A stretch of 64,000 nucleotides of DNA, taken from contig CAMNHV010000009.1 in the NCBI GenBank assembly GCA_946539855.1, positions 677 through 64,676 on the forward strand. Direction: 5' to 3'. The DNA is from an uncultured Lachnospiraceae bacterium (GTDB taxonomy: Bacteria > Bacillota > Clostridia > Lachnospirales > Lachnospiraceae). The notes under the pieces are model-generated. The model did no database searches. It saw only the letters and a program-made list of their open reading frames with translations, and had not been told where the DNA came from. Shown piece by piece: positions 63,138 to 64,000 of the stretch (the first letter of the stretch is position 1; every line of letters starts with the position of its first letter). The translations under genes were made by a program, and so were the position numbers.

Positions 63138-63782
63138 TCACAGACGGAATTCTTTGCGGACCTGTTCTTCGTTGCCGAGAACGAGGATCGGGACGCCGGC
63201 GTGCAGGACGGTGTCGCCGTCGACGTTGGGGTTCAGCCTGCCTTCTTTGATCCCGAGAATATTGAGGCCGTACTTCCTGCGGGGGCTGATGTCCTCAATC
63301 CGCATGCCGTCCCAGGAATCCGGGACGTTCAGCTCAAAGATGGCGTAGCCGTCCACGAGTTCGAAGTAGTTGGAGATGTTGTCATAGCTGTAGCGGATCG
63401 CGGTCCAGATGCCCAGCTGCCGCTCCGGGAAGACGACGGAGTCCGCGCCGTTGCGCAGGAGGAACTTCTCCTGGGAAGTACCCGCCGCGCGGGAGACGAC
63501 CCTTTTCGCGCCCAGCTCCTTCAGGAGGGATGTCGTCTCCAGAGAGCTCATGAAGTTGTCGCCGATCGCGACGACGCACAGGTCGAAGTTGGAGACGCCG
63601 ATGGTCTCGAGGAACGCGCGGTCCGTGGCATCCCCGATCAGGGAAGTGGTCGTGTACTCGAGCGCTTTGGCGATGCGGTCCTCCTGAATATCGATGAGGA
63701 CGGTCTGCTCGCCGAGCTCATAGAGCTTCTGGCAGGTGTAGCGGCCGAAGCGGCCGGCGCCGATCACAAGTACGTTTTTCAT
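63138..63782 (-). CDS. ktrA: TrkA/KtrA-family potassium uptake regulatory subunit
   Basis: VIGAGRFG RCK-N Rossmann motif, GDAT, VVAIGD, L..NGAD.VVFPE, RCK-C domain. Confidence 0.9.
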   Translation of the reverse strand: MKNVLVIGAGRFGRYTCQKLYELGEQTVLIDIQEDRIAKALEYTTTSLIGDATDRAFLETIGVSNFDLCVVAIGDNFMSSLETTSLLKELGAKRVVSRAAGTSQEKFLLRNGADSVVFPERQLGIWTAIRYSYDNISNYFELVDGYAIFELNVPDSWDGMRIEDISPRRKYGLNILGIKEGRLNPNVDGDTVLHAGVPILVLGNEEQVRKEFRL

Positions 63783-63875
63783 GGTTTTTTACTGCCTTTC
63801 CGACGTGGGGCGCGGATGGAGACCGGCACCTCCGTCTGTGATAAAATGATGACCTGAATGGTTATTAAGTGTTGA

Positions 63876-63998
63876 TCAACCGACGATGATCTTTTCCTCA
63901 GGATAGCGCATGTGCTGCACGGGCTGCCTGGAGGCCGCCGCGTAGGCCAGCGTGAGCGCGCCGACGCGCCCGAAGTACATGAACACGATCAGGATCAG
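63876..63998 (-). CDS. ktrB: C-terminal fragment of TrkH/KtrB K+ transporter membrane subunit
   Basis: Translated by hand: LILIVFMYFGRVGALTLAYAAASRQPVQHMRYPEEKIIVG*; MYFGRVG and YPEE.I.VG are KtrB signatures; runs off the window edge. Confidence 0.85.
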   Translation of the reverse strand: MILIVFMYFGRVGALTLAYAAASRQPVQHMRYPEEKIIVG

Positions 63999-64000
63999 CT

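Noticed and set aside
1-64000. Prophage, IS element, integrase, tRNA or rRNA genes
   Set aside because: No transposase, recombinase or phage motifs in the ORF track, and no tRNA cloverleaf or rRNA signature seen in the intergenic regions I read.

Overview
A 64 kb chromosomal window from a high-GC Clostridia genome, most likely Lachnospiraceae (inferred from gene order and protein families). It is mostly core or near-core genes on the + strand. In order: glycogen genes (malQ, Nudix, glgA), MurJ-like flippase, rqcH, yloC-remA-rpoZ-rimO-pgsA-cinA-gtrA-gtrB, thiN, gpmI, a YtrA/GntR-ABC operon, lepA-hemW, comM-dprA-hypFCDE, hisS-rsmJ, a metal P1B-ATPase operon, GH2, an ADP-ribosylglycohydrolase, trpDCFBA, an XRE/histone-like gene, a beta-CASP nuclease, thyA-folA, CIRCE-htpG, a three-gene unknown-function operon, purB-purA and ktrA/ktrB. 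I see no rRNA, tRNA, CRISPR array, transposase or integrase. Best leads: (1) a giant Ig/TPR scaffold + degenerate Hsp70-like protein + TPR protein operon just downstream of CIRCE-controlled Hsp90; (2) a lower-GC comM-dprA-hypF block with many in-frame insertions, ending in a fossil second copy of the hypF 3' end; (3) a P1B-ATPase operon with a triple TAG-N6-CTA operator and an uncalled 26-aa micropeptide; (4) a trp leader terminator with no intact T-box. Start codons were adjusted from the ORF track where the RBS or conserved N-termini support it. No database searches were run, so all family names come from motif recognition.
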